Shown: positions 1 through 12,200, counted from the first letter of the whole stretch. The stretch is DNA of 63,919 nucleotides, filler included, from Collodictyon triciliatum (GCA_043381765.1; 5 parts of 5 records of this genome joined end to end with filler, not necessarily neighbours in it), one strand, 5' to 3'. Translations and numbers: made by a program. Notes: generated from the sequence alone by a model not told the origin.

Positions 1-100
1 AAAACAACAATAAAAAAACAACAATAAAAAAACAACAATAAAAAAACAACAATAAAAAAACAACAATAAAAAAACAACAATAAAAAAACAACAATAAAAC
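1..100. repeat. 13-mer tandem repeat (AAAAAAACAACAAT-like)
   Basis: Direct reading; intronic in LSM14. Confidence 0.9.
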
Positions 101-204
101 CAACATGCAAAAAAAAAAAAAAAAACTCATACATTTAATTTAGCAAGAGCGATATAAGACTTTTCTGATAGTATCGCATTGACTAAAAAAATGGCGCAAA
201 ACAG

Positions 205-3200
205 TTCGCCCTTTCGGAACTGAGAATCGACCTGCACCTAACGGCATAGAAGTCCCGCCAGCCAATGTTGTCTATCCCGAAATATCCTTCAGCTCAGCTG
301 ACATCGAAAGCTTAAACGTGATCGAAAACCAGGTTACTACTTCTTCGCTTCTATTAGTCTTGCATATTTTTTTTTTTGAATTCAAACTCTCATCTTGCAC
401 TCTTCTTCCTATCACATATGTTGGTTCTTGTAATATCAACATTGATATATTCACAAACTTACCAATACGGGTGTGACCATGGTACTCCTTTAAAACAATT
501 CATCCTTTTTTACCTCTCACCATTTTCTATCACTTTGCATCACTTATCATCATCTATCCTACATCCTAGCCGCTGTATCCTGTAAACGCCTACGAGACAG
601 CACATCCATACCACCTTGCATCTCAAAATCCCTACACCAATGCCTCGCTCAGTTCGCAAGTCATGAACCCGTACGCCAATGTCGGAGTCCCATCCATGCA
701 TTATCTTGCGCAAATGCAAAACCAAATGGCATATCCCCAAATGCAGGGATTTATGCAATCACACTATTACCAAATGTATCTTCATTACATCCATTCTCTG
801 AACGCACAGATGACTTATACACCGAACTCAGCTGACACCTTTTTGTCTCAAGTGGTACGATATCTTACCCAAAAGGCACAAAAACACCAAAGCAAAGAGA
901 CAGCGACACCAAATCTAATTAAAATACTCTATATTTTCCTTACATAGCCTACCGAATCCATAGCAAATCTTCAAATTCATTCGAACTCAGAGTCTTTACC
1001 TCCAGAGTCTGACCCAGGTTTTTATTTCTCTATGCAGTTTTTTTTTTTTGAATACTAAGAAACTATGTTTAAATAGAACCTCAATGCCTTTTGTCAGACT
1101 TCATCATATACTAGATGCTTGTATTTATTTTAGCCCACATAGCATCATATTTAAGACAAAAATCAAGAGAAAAATCATTTCCAATTCACACATTTTTTTA
1201 ATTATTAAACCCTCTTTTGCAGCTCCAACAAACATACAATATGCAGACGCTGTACCAGTTTCTACTGTCCCACACCCGAATCCTGTTAAATTTGAGCCTG
1301 CATCGAGCATTCTACCATCTGTTCAAGAAACGCCCAATGATTTCCCTGCCCCTACCAGTGACGCACAGGAACAAACTCTATCAAACTCTGTAACACAGTC
1401 AAATGAGGCTGAATCCAACACGAAGGTTGAATCTAACGCCAAAGTCGAAACCGAACCCAGCTCCAAAATCGACGACGAGACTGAAGTAGATAATTCAAAC
1501 ACGGACCCGAAAGTGGAAGAAAGTGCTCGTCTGGCTCATTCTCCCGAAGAAAAAAACAAGGAATCCAGCGCTGTTGTAAATGAGGAAAAAGAGCAACAAG
1601 AAAACCCAGTGGTATCATCAAAACCTGTGGCCCAAACAAGCGGAGTTGTGACGACCTCTTTGCGTGTACCTTTTCACTTTAAAATCAATTAAAAAAATGA
1701 AGGAGCAATTAGACAGCTGAGCTATTTCCTCCTGTTGTTGTAGATGAATGCTTACTTATCATAATAATATCCACAGGTGGGCTCCAACAAACTACTTGTT
1801 TCAATCTCTACAGTGGAATGCGGTGTGCGCAAAGACCTTGAAAAGACAATATCTGCCGAAGAAACTACTACGAATGTAAAGAGCAAAGAAGTCAAGACGA
1901 GAAGTAAGCATGATGTACACAAAGTAGAAGCCACAAAGGAAGGTCAAGCACAAAAAGGACCTGTGCCGGCAAAATACCCGCCACGTGATACCAAGATATC
2001 GACTGGTATTTATTTATTAATTTATTAAAAAAGTGGACATGCATAATGTGTCAATGTGGTTGTGGAGCTTTATTTTGAAAATTACTTTTTTTTTTCCTGT
2101 TGAGATCGAAACAAAAAAAAATCATATCAATTATACACATGCTGTCTGCCCTTCCTTCTGCTCACCCACTTATTGTACCCACAAGCAGTTGATTCCAAGC
2201 ATGAGCTCAACAGCAGCAAAAGAGTTCCACTCCAAACTATCCACAAGAACACTCCATCTCAATCACACACTCCATCTCAATCACACACAAAATCCTCGAC
2301 ACAACCGCATCCACACTCGCGAGCAAACAAAAAAGACACTGTCATCACGGGCCACGTACCTCTCGAAGAGTTTGACTTTGTGCTTTCCACATCTCTGTTC
2401 GACAAGGAGCGGTTCATCCGGGAGATGAAGGCGAGTTTTTTTTTCCACACCTGACTATAAACGCAATCCACTTTAATTCGATACACAACAAAAAAAATAA
2501 AAATAAAATGAAATTAAGATAAAACACAATAAATGAAAATAAAATTAGATAAAATAAAAGAATAGGTAAAAAAAAAAAAAACGAATAAATTTAGTTTAAA
2601 AAAGAACGAAAATGAATACATGAATCAAGGTAAGAAAATAAAAATTCATTTCATATATTTTTTTTTCCAAATAGGCGGGCGACTCGAAACAAAAATCACA
2701 CAGGCACAACGGGGACAGTGACCAGCAGAACGGAGCAGATTCACACACAAGCGCATACACAAAAACCTCCTTCTTTGACAATCTTTCATCAACGCCCACC
2801 GCCCCACCAATCCGCCGCCGAATCCGCCGCCCACAAAGCAGCGCAGAGTCTGCAAACTTTGACGAGGAGGAATCCGCAGATGCAGCGTCGTTTCCGTCCA
2901 GAGATTATGGAATGACACGCGGACGTGGACGCGGACGTGAGCGTGGACGCGGACGCGGAGTCTCAACGCGGACAAACACCTTCTCCGACGCAGACTTGAT
3001 CCCCAGCGAATCCGCCCCGCCTTCTCAGCCGCATCACGAGACCAACACGGCGCAATACTTGCAAGACAGACTCGCCAAGCGCAGCCACTTCGCCCAACGC
3101 CGCGCAATCACAGACGCCCACGCGCATCACAATTTCCCATCACGTTCGCGCTTCCCAACCAGGCAGCAATCACGCAATCAGCCTGCTGAATCCGTGGACT

Positions 3201-3549
3201 CGAACGCCTCGGCATTCCCGTCAAAATCCTCCGCTCCCTTCCGCGGCGGAGACAGAGTAATCTTCCGTTTGATATGTGTGATGAAATATGCTGATCGTGA
3301 CTTTATTTACTTTTCCTTTCTTCTTTTGGACTTTAATTGATGTGATTTTGTGTTGGATAGTTGGGATGATTCTTTTTCTTTTCTTCTTCTTCCTTCCTGT
3401 CCTGTCCTGTCCTTTCTTTTCTACTCCAGAATCTTTCATACCCAACTTCTTTCAGATAATTTATTTAATGCTATTATTTTTATTTATTTATTTATTTATT
3501 TTCTTCTTGTTTTATTGTTATGAATCCGTTATAGCGCTTTACCGATTAA
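205..3549 (+). CDS. LSM14: LSM14/Scd6/DCP5-like mRNA decapping activator (multi-exon, 5' end outside window)
   Basis: Exon 205-332 reads VRPFGTENRP..VPPANVVYPEISFSSADIESLNV (Lsm14-type Lsm domain). FDF motif EEFDFVLSTSLFDKERF at ~2365-2415, FFD box YTKTSFFDNLSS at ~2756-2791, RG-rich tail RGRGRGRERGRGRG. Last exon RFTD* ends at 3549. Confidence 0.85.
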
Positions 3550-3799
3550 ATCTTGTTTCGGGATGAAACGACGAGACGAAAAAGCGACTGCAGCAGAAGT
3601 CAACAGGAGGAGAATAAATGCAATTTTTCTTTTAATATAATGATGATAACAAAAATGGCAATAATAATAATAATAAATATAATAAAAGTCGGAATCATCA
3701 AAAACATCTCTTGGACAATCTTATGTTGCCGAGATGAGTGAACAAGCCAGACTATCTTTCTTTGTTCTTTTCTCTTTTGCGTGATTTATTTCGAGTTTA

Positions 3800-6466
3800 T
3801 TAGACGCGCGGGATTGGCCCCGTTTTCTCCCAAACAAAGGAGAGGATTTGGTTTAAACGGTCCAGCAAAGAAGTGTCTGACGAAGTGACTCGCTGAAGAC
3901 ACAGTACACATATTATCATGATTGTTTTAAATTAATTTCATTAAAATATAAAACGCACACTTATATATGAACACATGATATACACACGGATGCGAAGGTG
4001 TAATTGGCTGCTGAAGAAATACGACGACTGCGCGAGACATACTTTGTTGCGCATGTCGATTTCAATGTCTGCTCCGTCGAAGCAGCCCCGCGCAAACCCG
4101 TCGGGAGTCACTTGCAGGTGGCCAAAGTACTCGGAGAGGATGCGGAGGAGAGGGACGAGGCTTTCGTCTGCCTCGGGCGCGTCTTTCTCCTCGGCGCATT
4201 CGCCCTGGACGTCGATGTGATGGTCGTTGTGATTGTGATTGTGATTGTGATGGTCGTCGTGATTGTGGGGCTCTTTGTGATGCTCGTGGCTGCAGGACGT
4301 TCGTGGGAAATCTGCGTTTCGTAGTGGCCTTTGTTTAATAGTAATAATAAAAAGAGTTGAGGGTGAAATAACTGGATAGATAAAAAGAAGAAGAATAATA
4401 ATAAAAAAAAGAAAGAATTAACGTGATGGGATGAATTCGAGTAACAATGACAATAAGTAATCCCTCGTCTGTGAAAAAGAAAAAAGAAAGAATGAATGCA
4501 GAGGAGGACGGGTTCGTGCGATTCAACAGTCGAGACACTTTTGTTGTGACTGTGTTTTTTATGGCGTGGAAAGAAGGATATCCCGAACGCACATTTGATG
4601 TTGTGTGGATTAGTCTCGATCTGCGTAATCAGCGTAATCAGAGAGTCGGCAAGCATGTCGCTCAGGGGATCCGTGTCCCAGCTCAACGAAACGCCGCCCT
4701 CTGTCTCGCTCACTTGAAGCAGCTCCTCGACCTATGGATTGGATGAATTGGTTTATATGCTCCTTTTTCTTTTTCATTTTTTTTTAATCGTCCATCAGGT
4801 TCATATCTTTTGGGGTGGAGTGGTTTCGTCTCCAGATTAACTGATTTGTTTACCACAAGGATGTTTGGATCGGACTCTCGCGAAACGGGGGAAAACATTT
4901 GTCGCACAAAGTATTCCAGGATATCGAAAGCATGCCGGTAAATGATGCGAACGGTTTGCTTGATGGTAACCACAGATAACTTTGTTTTTTGTTTTTTGTT
5001 TTTTGTTTTTTGAAAATAGAAAATAGAAAATAGAGAATAGAGAATAGAAAATAGAAAATAGAAAATAGAAAATAGAAAATAGAAAATAGAAAAGAAAATA
5101 GAAAAGAAAATAGAAAAGAAAATAGAAAAGAAAATAGAAAAGAAAATAGAAAAGAAAATAGAAAAGAAAATAGAAAAGAAAAAAGANNNNNNNNNNNNNN
5201 NNNNNNNNNNNNNNNNNNNNNNNNNNNNNNNNNNNNNNNNNNNNNNNNNNNNNNNNNNNNNNNNNNNNNNNNNNNNNNNNNNNNNNAAAAAAAAAAAAAA
5301 AGAAAAAAAAAAAGAAAAAGAAAAAGAAAAAGAAAAAGAAAAAGAAAAAGAAAAAGAAAAAGAAAAAGAAAAAGAAAAAGAAAAAAGAAAAAGAAAAAAG
5401 AAAAAGAAAAAAGAAAAAAGAAAAAAGAAAAAAGAAAAAAGAAAAAGAAAAAAGGAAAAGAAAAAAGAAAAATTTAATAGACAGTATAGCATCGATATTC
5501 TCATACCCGCGCGTATTTTTCCTTGTTAAAGTAGAGTGTTACAGTATCAACATTTTTTGGTGTATGGATATTTGGGTTGTATCTCCTTTCCTGCATGCCT
5601 TCAAACTTGCGCGTCAGTCCTTGCTTCAGGTCATCTGTCATCTTTGTGTCTCCATGAACTAAAACCTATAGCACGTATATGAGCCCATTCATGAACAGAA
5701 TCCGTGATAGATACGAAGAGTCCACGCATCTCGAAATGCACTTATTTCTTCTTTTTTCTTTTTTTAATCCTGAAAAAATATTTACTATGTGCGGCGGCCG
5801 AAGAATTGTCACAAATTTACTGGTGTCATCAAAATCGGCGTGAGCAGAGAAGGAGACATCCTCTACTTTCATTCGAAGAGGAACCTCGTGTCCGGAACTG
5901 GTGACAACTTTTGTTTGACGCAGCGTTGTAATTTGCTGTTCCATACGATTGATTTTAATGACATAAATTGCAAATGAAAAGTATGAGGGTGAGAAAGAAA
6001 ATAATATAATACATATATATGAATGAATAAATCTAAGCAGTGAGTTGATGGCATTCATTGGTAAGCACAAACATGTGCAAGGGTTCCTTTCACGCAGTAT
6101 CCAGGAACAATGACTCCGTTTCTTTCATCAGAACACCACTTGTCAAAAAGACGACGAGAAGGCCCATTCTATGATATGGTAATGGCTTCATTTACACTAA
6201 CTGTTTAGGACTGATGTTGGTAGGTGTTGGTTGGTTGAAATGATATTTCGATAATCATGGATAAAATAAAACAACAACCAAATTTTTAGAAATATTCTGA
6301 TGTCAATAAACTGAATTAATAATAGTAAAAAGAAAAGAAAAAGAAAAAGAAGAGAAGATTCACTTGTAGCATGCCTGGACTGGCCATCACAACACAAGGT
6401 TCGCTTTCATCAAGTTCCTCAATTTTGCGCAGGTTGCGAACGTATCGAAATTCGAAAGGGTTTTTT
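3800..6466 (-). CDS. CPSF3: Cleavage and polyadenylation specificity factor 73 kDa endonuclease (beta-CASP and C-terminal part; 5' half lost at scaffold join)
   Basis: Spliced exons give [20 protein letters not shown] / [32 protein letters not shown] / VSFSAHADF / VLVHGD / [14 protein letters not shown], diagnostic CPSF73/Ysh1 motifs. Stop at 3800-3802. Confidence 0.92.
5012..5470. repeat. Purine-rich (AGAAAAT)/(GAAAAA)n tract around an N gap
   Basis: Direct reading. Confidence 0.9.
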
Positions 6467-6577
6467 CTACACGCAAGTGATTTGGGGGTCATGAAGAAAT
6501 AATGTTAGAAAGAGAAAAAAAAAGATAATAAAGCCATACATGTGTATTCCATGGAGCGATGCTCTTTGTTTTGATAG

Positions 6578-6690
6578 ACAAGAACAAGAACAAGAACAAG
6601 AACAAGAACAAGAACAAGAACAAGAACAAGAACAAGAACAAGAACAAGAACAAGAACAAGAACAAGAACAAGAACAAGAACAAGAACAAA
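6578..6690. repeat. (CAAGAA)n microsatellite
   Basis: Direct reading. Confidence 0.95.
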
Positions 6691-6692
6691 AA

Positions 6693-6792
6693 NNNNNNNN
6701 NNNNNNNNNNNNNNNNNNNNNNNNNNNNNNNNNNNNTTAATTAATTAANNNNNNNNNNNNNNNNNNNNNNNNNNNNNNNNNNNNNNNNNNNN
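6693..6792. other. Artificial scaffold-join spacer N44-TTAATTAATTAA-N44
   Basis: Six-frame-stop linker inside Ns; truncates CPSF3. Confidence 0.95.
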
Positions 6793-7013
6793 TGTATGTC
6801 ATGCCCTTCTTTGTTGGGGAGAGTTGATGGGATGTCAGACTCTTTGGGGGCGCGTATCTCCACGCGACAGCGTCTTCCTTTGTTTTCTTCTTTTTTTTTT
6901 TTTTTCCCCTTTTTCCCTTTTTTTTTTTTTTTTTGCGCTCTGCAATGGAAAATATGAACAAGCGGAGGAGAATAACAAACTCGTTTGTGTGTTTGGTTGC
7001 CATGCTGTCTTGT

Positions 7014-8192
7014 TTATGATGGTTTTCGTGATGGCCTGCGTTCAAACGTGAGGCGGGACTCGTAGAATCTGATCACGAGCTGAGGGATCTTGTGGGAAAG
7101 CACACTTGATTTGTAAAACGTGATGGTTGGCGGGTCTCCCATGCTGGCGTGTGTGTGTGCGAGTGTGAGTGTGAAGCGTAAGGACGGGTGAGAATAAAGG
7201 GATTAGAGGGCTCGAACGAAAGGGCACAGAAGGTGGGTGGAATCAGAGGTCTTGGATGGATGGCGCATACCACTTGACGGCAAGATATACTTGTTCCTTA
7301 AACTTGAAGGCACCAAGCACTTCTACAGGCTCGCCTGGGAAGTCAAATTCGTCCTTGTGTATGAGTTTGTACAGAGTCAAGTCTGGATCGGCCGTCGGCT
7401 TTGGATGTGTGCTGCTTGCCTGCTCCGTGTTCGAATTGGTTTGATCGGCTAGTACAAGAGATGGCGATGATGATTAGGAAGAGTGTGAGTGATTGCGAGG
7501 GAGATACACACAGTAGGTAAAGCGTTTGAAATGTGGGAATGGTGGTTATAACTGGTGGCAGAGTCCGAGCCGAAATCCAATTGCCGCCTAGCTTTGTTGC
7601 GTCGCCTGGGTTCGTTGATGGAGGAGGACGATGCACCTTCTCGCTTGGCCTTGCGAGATGATGAGGATGATGCCTGATCTATCGAGCCACTGCTAAGTCT
7701 CTTGGTTTGTGATGGTGTCTGGTTGCTGGGTTTTGTCTTGGGAGAGCGCTTGGAGGATGCTGTTCTTGTTCTCTTTAAGTAATCCATGATAAGGAGCTCA
7801 CAGCCAATCAAGTTCCTTTCGTCTTCCCATGATGGCTCGTCATAGCCGACCCACTTGAGAAGATACTTCCAGCGACTCTGTAGTGTGTTGAGATCAAACA
7901 AATGTAACCAGACAGAAGAGGAGCAAGGGAAGGAAGAAAGAAAGTTTGGGATAACAAGAAGAGAAAGGAAAAGAAATGAAAAGAAAATCCTAGATGGCGA
8001 AGGTATTTTTTCTTCTCTCTGGGGCAGATCTCTTAGTCTTGTGATGTAAATCAAAAGTGAATGTGTCTTGTGAAGGGCTTTGGGATGCCCGGTGGCATAG
8101 ACTAGGGCGCTCAGCCTTCAGGGGAGGATTCCTACCTTTTCTTTCTTCCGATCAAGGATCGCCTCAACAGAGTAGATTTCTTTGCTCGACAT
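7014..8192 (-). CDS. HP1/Swi6-like chromodomain plus chromoshadow protein (4 exons)
   Basis: MSSKEIYSVEAILDRK|..YLLKWVGYDEPSWEDERNL (chromodomain), basic Ser-rich hinge, PVEVLGAF..YLAVK|..IPQLVIRFYESRLTF (chromoshadow). Stop at 7014-7016. Confidence 0.88.
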
Positions 8193-8958
8193 GTTCTACT
8201 TGCGTGAAGCTGCAGCTAGCATCTTTTTTTTTAGCTCTTCTTAGACACCTGACGGGACGCCCAAAAAAAAAGGCATCCAACACGTTCGGAGTCCACTCGC
8301 GCGGGCAGAAGTGAAGGGGCGCATGAATGCCAACACTGAAAGGAATCAGAAAACGCGATATGGCTTAATGTGAGCAGGTAAATAAAAAAAGGGGAATGAT
8401 TTGCAGACTGTGTTTATTTGCGTGTTTGATTGGTTCTGTGTCCACAGAATGTTCGAGCCCAGGCCAGAATTGTTGATATATTCTTTACCAATCAATGTGA
8501 ACAAACGTGTTGATCACAACGAGACAAAGTTAAAGAGAACAATATAAAAAAAAACACAATGATTAAAAAGTCTTTTGCTGAGAAACAAGCAAACTGAGAG
8601 AAAAAGGACACACCCCGGAAAATAATATTATTAAACTGGCTTTTTTTTTTCCTACTTCTCACAACACGCCACATTCTGAAGCCGGAAAAAAAAAACAAGA
8701 AACAAAGAAGCGATCGAAAAGACCGATCCCGAGAAGTACGAGACCGACGCCACGGCCCTGCCCCTTGGAATGCCTACTTAACGTACGCAAAATGAGAAGG
8801 CCGACGCAGCCAACGCAAAGAGCAAAAAGGTCACTCGGCCACATCCCTTGCAACACAGGTTATGCACCGAGACACACCGACGATCAAGACGCCAGCTGCC
8901 ACCGACCCGTGAGTACAACGACCTACTAACAAGACAAAGCGAGCTCTCTGAAACAAGT

Positions 8959-8959
<1 letters not shown>

Positions 8960-9053
<94 letters not shown>

Positions 9054-9058
9054 TAACA
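8960..9058. repeat. (AAT)n microsatellite
   Basis: Direct reading. Confidence 0.95.
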
Positions 9059-9211
9059 AAGGGTAATAAAAAAAGGCCTATCCAGCTCCAGCCACCGACC
9101 CACGGGCAACAAGATAATAATGATTATAGCGCTCGGTATTAGTTGCTCTGATTCATTCATTTCTTTTTTCTTTTCTTTTCTTTTCTTTTCTTTTTTCATA
9201 GGGTTTAGGTC

Positions 9212-12200
9212 TCATTCAGCCTGTAAATGGATAAACTTAATTACAAACGTTGTTACGAACTTGGTTTTATCCCTTTCAAGGACAATACATTTTATACAAC
9301 GAAAGTGTACCCATATAAATATATAGCAATTTATTGCACAGACAACCCTCGAATTAAATCTGGATTGACAAAAGCAGAAGCTTTGATGAACCCCAAAAAA
9401 GACCTGAATAATACAATAGTTTAATTAGTATATATAGTAAGGTTAAAAATACTAGATAATCTCATTCTATTCCTATAATCAATTTATATTTTATTGTTCA
9501 TTTATGTAATATTATAATTAAAATTCAAAGATTACAAACAAGTCCTTGCCTTGGCCCGGACAGAACCCACCCTATAAACCTGCCAACAAACATGCATTTC
9601 AAAAAAGCATACTATCCACACTTGCGGCGATAATCATGTTGTTTGGGGGCGATATATTGACTATCAATCACAACAGCTATACGGCCATCCTTTCGAACTC
9701 GCCGAATTGGCTCTCAGCGTTTTATCTGAAATCACTTATAAAAAAACGATGTGTGTTTGTTTGTCACAAAGCGCACACTTTGAGAGTCCCGGCAGATGCT
9801 CAATTTTACATAAATTGGTTATTTTTTTTTTTTTTTTATAGTTTTTGTATTTATAAAATTGACTAATTGAATGAAGTTTTATTAAAATTGAAAACTCGGT
9901 AGTTATCTAAAGGAAAAAGTAAAACGAAGACTTTCAGATGAAGAAAAGAAAACGTCTTGAGTCTGAGAATCTAAAGTCTGTAGAACCAGACTATCAAAAT
10001 GTGAAAACATCTCTTAAGTCGATGGTAAAGAATCCGGATGACTATTACAAAATCAACGATACGGTTTTATTGTGTCATAATTTGGTTACCGATACTTATC
10101 TGTTTACAAGATGCTACATATTTTTTTCCTTTATTCGATTCAACAAGATGTTACATATTGAAATCACAACTACTCCCAACAATCGATGAATTTTTTTTTT
10201 TTTGTACGCTTTAAAGACAGTCTGAATAGCTTCACAAGATAGACCCGCAAGTTTTTTAAAAAAAAAACAGAAATGAATAAAGACATGATGGCTTTCTATC
10301 TCTATGATTTTCGATTCCTTTTGTCCCAAGAAGAATGCTTTCTGTCGGTTAGATTGTCTCATGCACTACCGTACTTGGCGAAGCAAGTATTAACAGCTTA
10401 TCATAATAACATTAAGGAACATTCTGTAAAGAGGTTAATGCGCTTTATAAACCAGACAGTTCCTAAAGATGAGAATATGACGGAAGCTATTAAAAAGGCA
10501 GAGTTACGAAACTTAAAAAAAGCCATATTCAAGAATCTCGAAATACTGGAACAATATAAATAATGGGCTAAAATACATTTGAATCGTATCATTCCCAGCG
10601 ATATTGTAAATGGTATCGAATATGATATCAGAGCCAATCCAGATGAGTAAATTCCAAGTCTGATTTACGTGAATCGCATTTTTGAGGACATTGAACCAAA
10701 CTGCTTCAATCAATCCCTATAAGAACTAACAATATACCATGTCATATTACTCTAGATACCGCATGTTTGATAGATCTATTAGTATTATCTGGAAAATCAT
10801 TATTAAAGACTAATATATCAGGATGCAAAGATACTCTATGGGATGACTTCTTTGAAATGAAGAGGAGGGTCTTTCATCAAAGAGACTAGAATTTTAAATA
10901 CATGATACAAACAGTCGGCTTGGCGGTGTCATCGTTGTTTGAAAAGAAAGGTATTTCAAATTCAAAATCCAATTATAAACAAAAAACTCAAAGAATATGG
11001 TTATATAGGTGAACTTTCCAAAGAGCAGCTATCTTTATTAGCGACAAAAAATATGTTTGAGTGGACGCAGGCAAGTTTAATTTTGGTTTACATGGTGGAT
11101 GAGGCAGGTAAGAAATTACGTTACACGGCACGCCAAAGAAGACATGATGGCGAACCTCTTAAAATCACAAAATAATCTTGCACGAGAAAGAAAGTAAAGT
11201 ACAATGCTTCAGGGATATGCACAGCAACAGGTTTACAAAGTGCTGTTTCTTTTGTTCCCCTGACTTTTGAAGAGAATCAGCAGTTTGAGACATCAAGAGT
11301 ATCTTAAATCGATTTAGAGACAGAACTGAGTAAACATTATTCATGCACCGTCGATTATGAAAAATTCGAAAATGTGTATCTATGAAATCAAGATACCAGA
11401 TAGAATTATTCAGATTTTATGAACAAGTAACTTTTCGAAAGATGAGATGGAGACAGTATGTTAATACAAAAAGAAGTGAACAGTTGTTTATGGACTGAAT
11501 CGAAAAGACATTTGGCAAGGATGTTATAATGGTGTATGGAGACTGGAGCAGAAAATCTCAGATGAAATGTTTTATGCCATCAATCGGAAGAGGATTACGA
11601 AAAATACTATCCAAACGTTTTGAAACAGTTTGTGTAAATGAATTTAGAACCTCCAAGATGTGCTGCAACTGCGAAAAAGACTGGAACATATGAAGCCGAA
11701 AGGAACTCAAAAAAGGCGTATATAGATGTCTCACATGTGTATAGAATGCAATCACTCAGAAAGCAAACAAAGTGTATTCTTGACAAGGGACTTTAACAGC
11801 GCTAATGATATACTCAGCAAAGTTCTTCCAATCCTTCAAAAAAATTAATTAATCTTCCTCTAAAAAAATAGGCTGTCGGGTCAGTCCTGGCAGCCTTCAC
11901 TACTACACAAACTTTGTGAAAAAAAGTGGCGAGACATTGGATGCTAGCGCACCAAGTTTACCAATCTTTCGATTGGTATATCCCTTCTAATAGGCCAGTG
12001 TATAACAAAAAGAAAAAGAAAAGAAGTAGAGAAGAAAAAAGCCTACTACTCGTGTTAGTTGTAAATAACTATCTACTCAGTGATTTCAGGTGTAACCAAT
12101 ACATTTTGTTTCTTTTAATGGTTTTTCTTTATACATAGATTATCATCCATGTCGACATCTGTCTTAACCTTAACACGTTGTACATGACACAGCCTGCACG

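Noticed and set aside
4004-4324. Plus-strand ORFs and the Thr/Ile-rich minus ORF over the CPSF3 tail
   Set aside because: Shadow frames of the His-rich CPSF3 exon.
6737-6748. Palindromic TTAATTAATTAA as a biological site (piggyBac TTAA, telomere-like)
   Set aside because: Always centred in Ns of near-fixed length; an assembly linker.
7450-7508. GTATCT/GTATCC donors in HP1, the GBP 5' UTR and NAA35 as extra U12 introns
   Set aside because: No TCCTTRAC-like branch point near the acceptors.
8792-9424. Plus-strand small ORFs (MRRPTQ..; MDKLNYKRC..)
   Set aside because: No recognisable motifs; the second overlaps antisense exons of the better-supported minus-strand model.
9679-9700. TATACGGCCATCC as the Fanzor left TIR
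   Set aside because: Only weakly similar to the reverse complement of the right end, and it overlaps a predicted host exon/donor.
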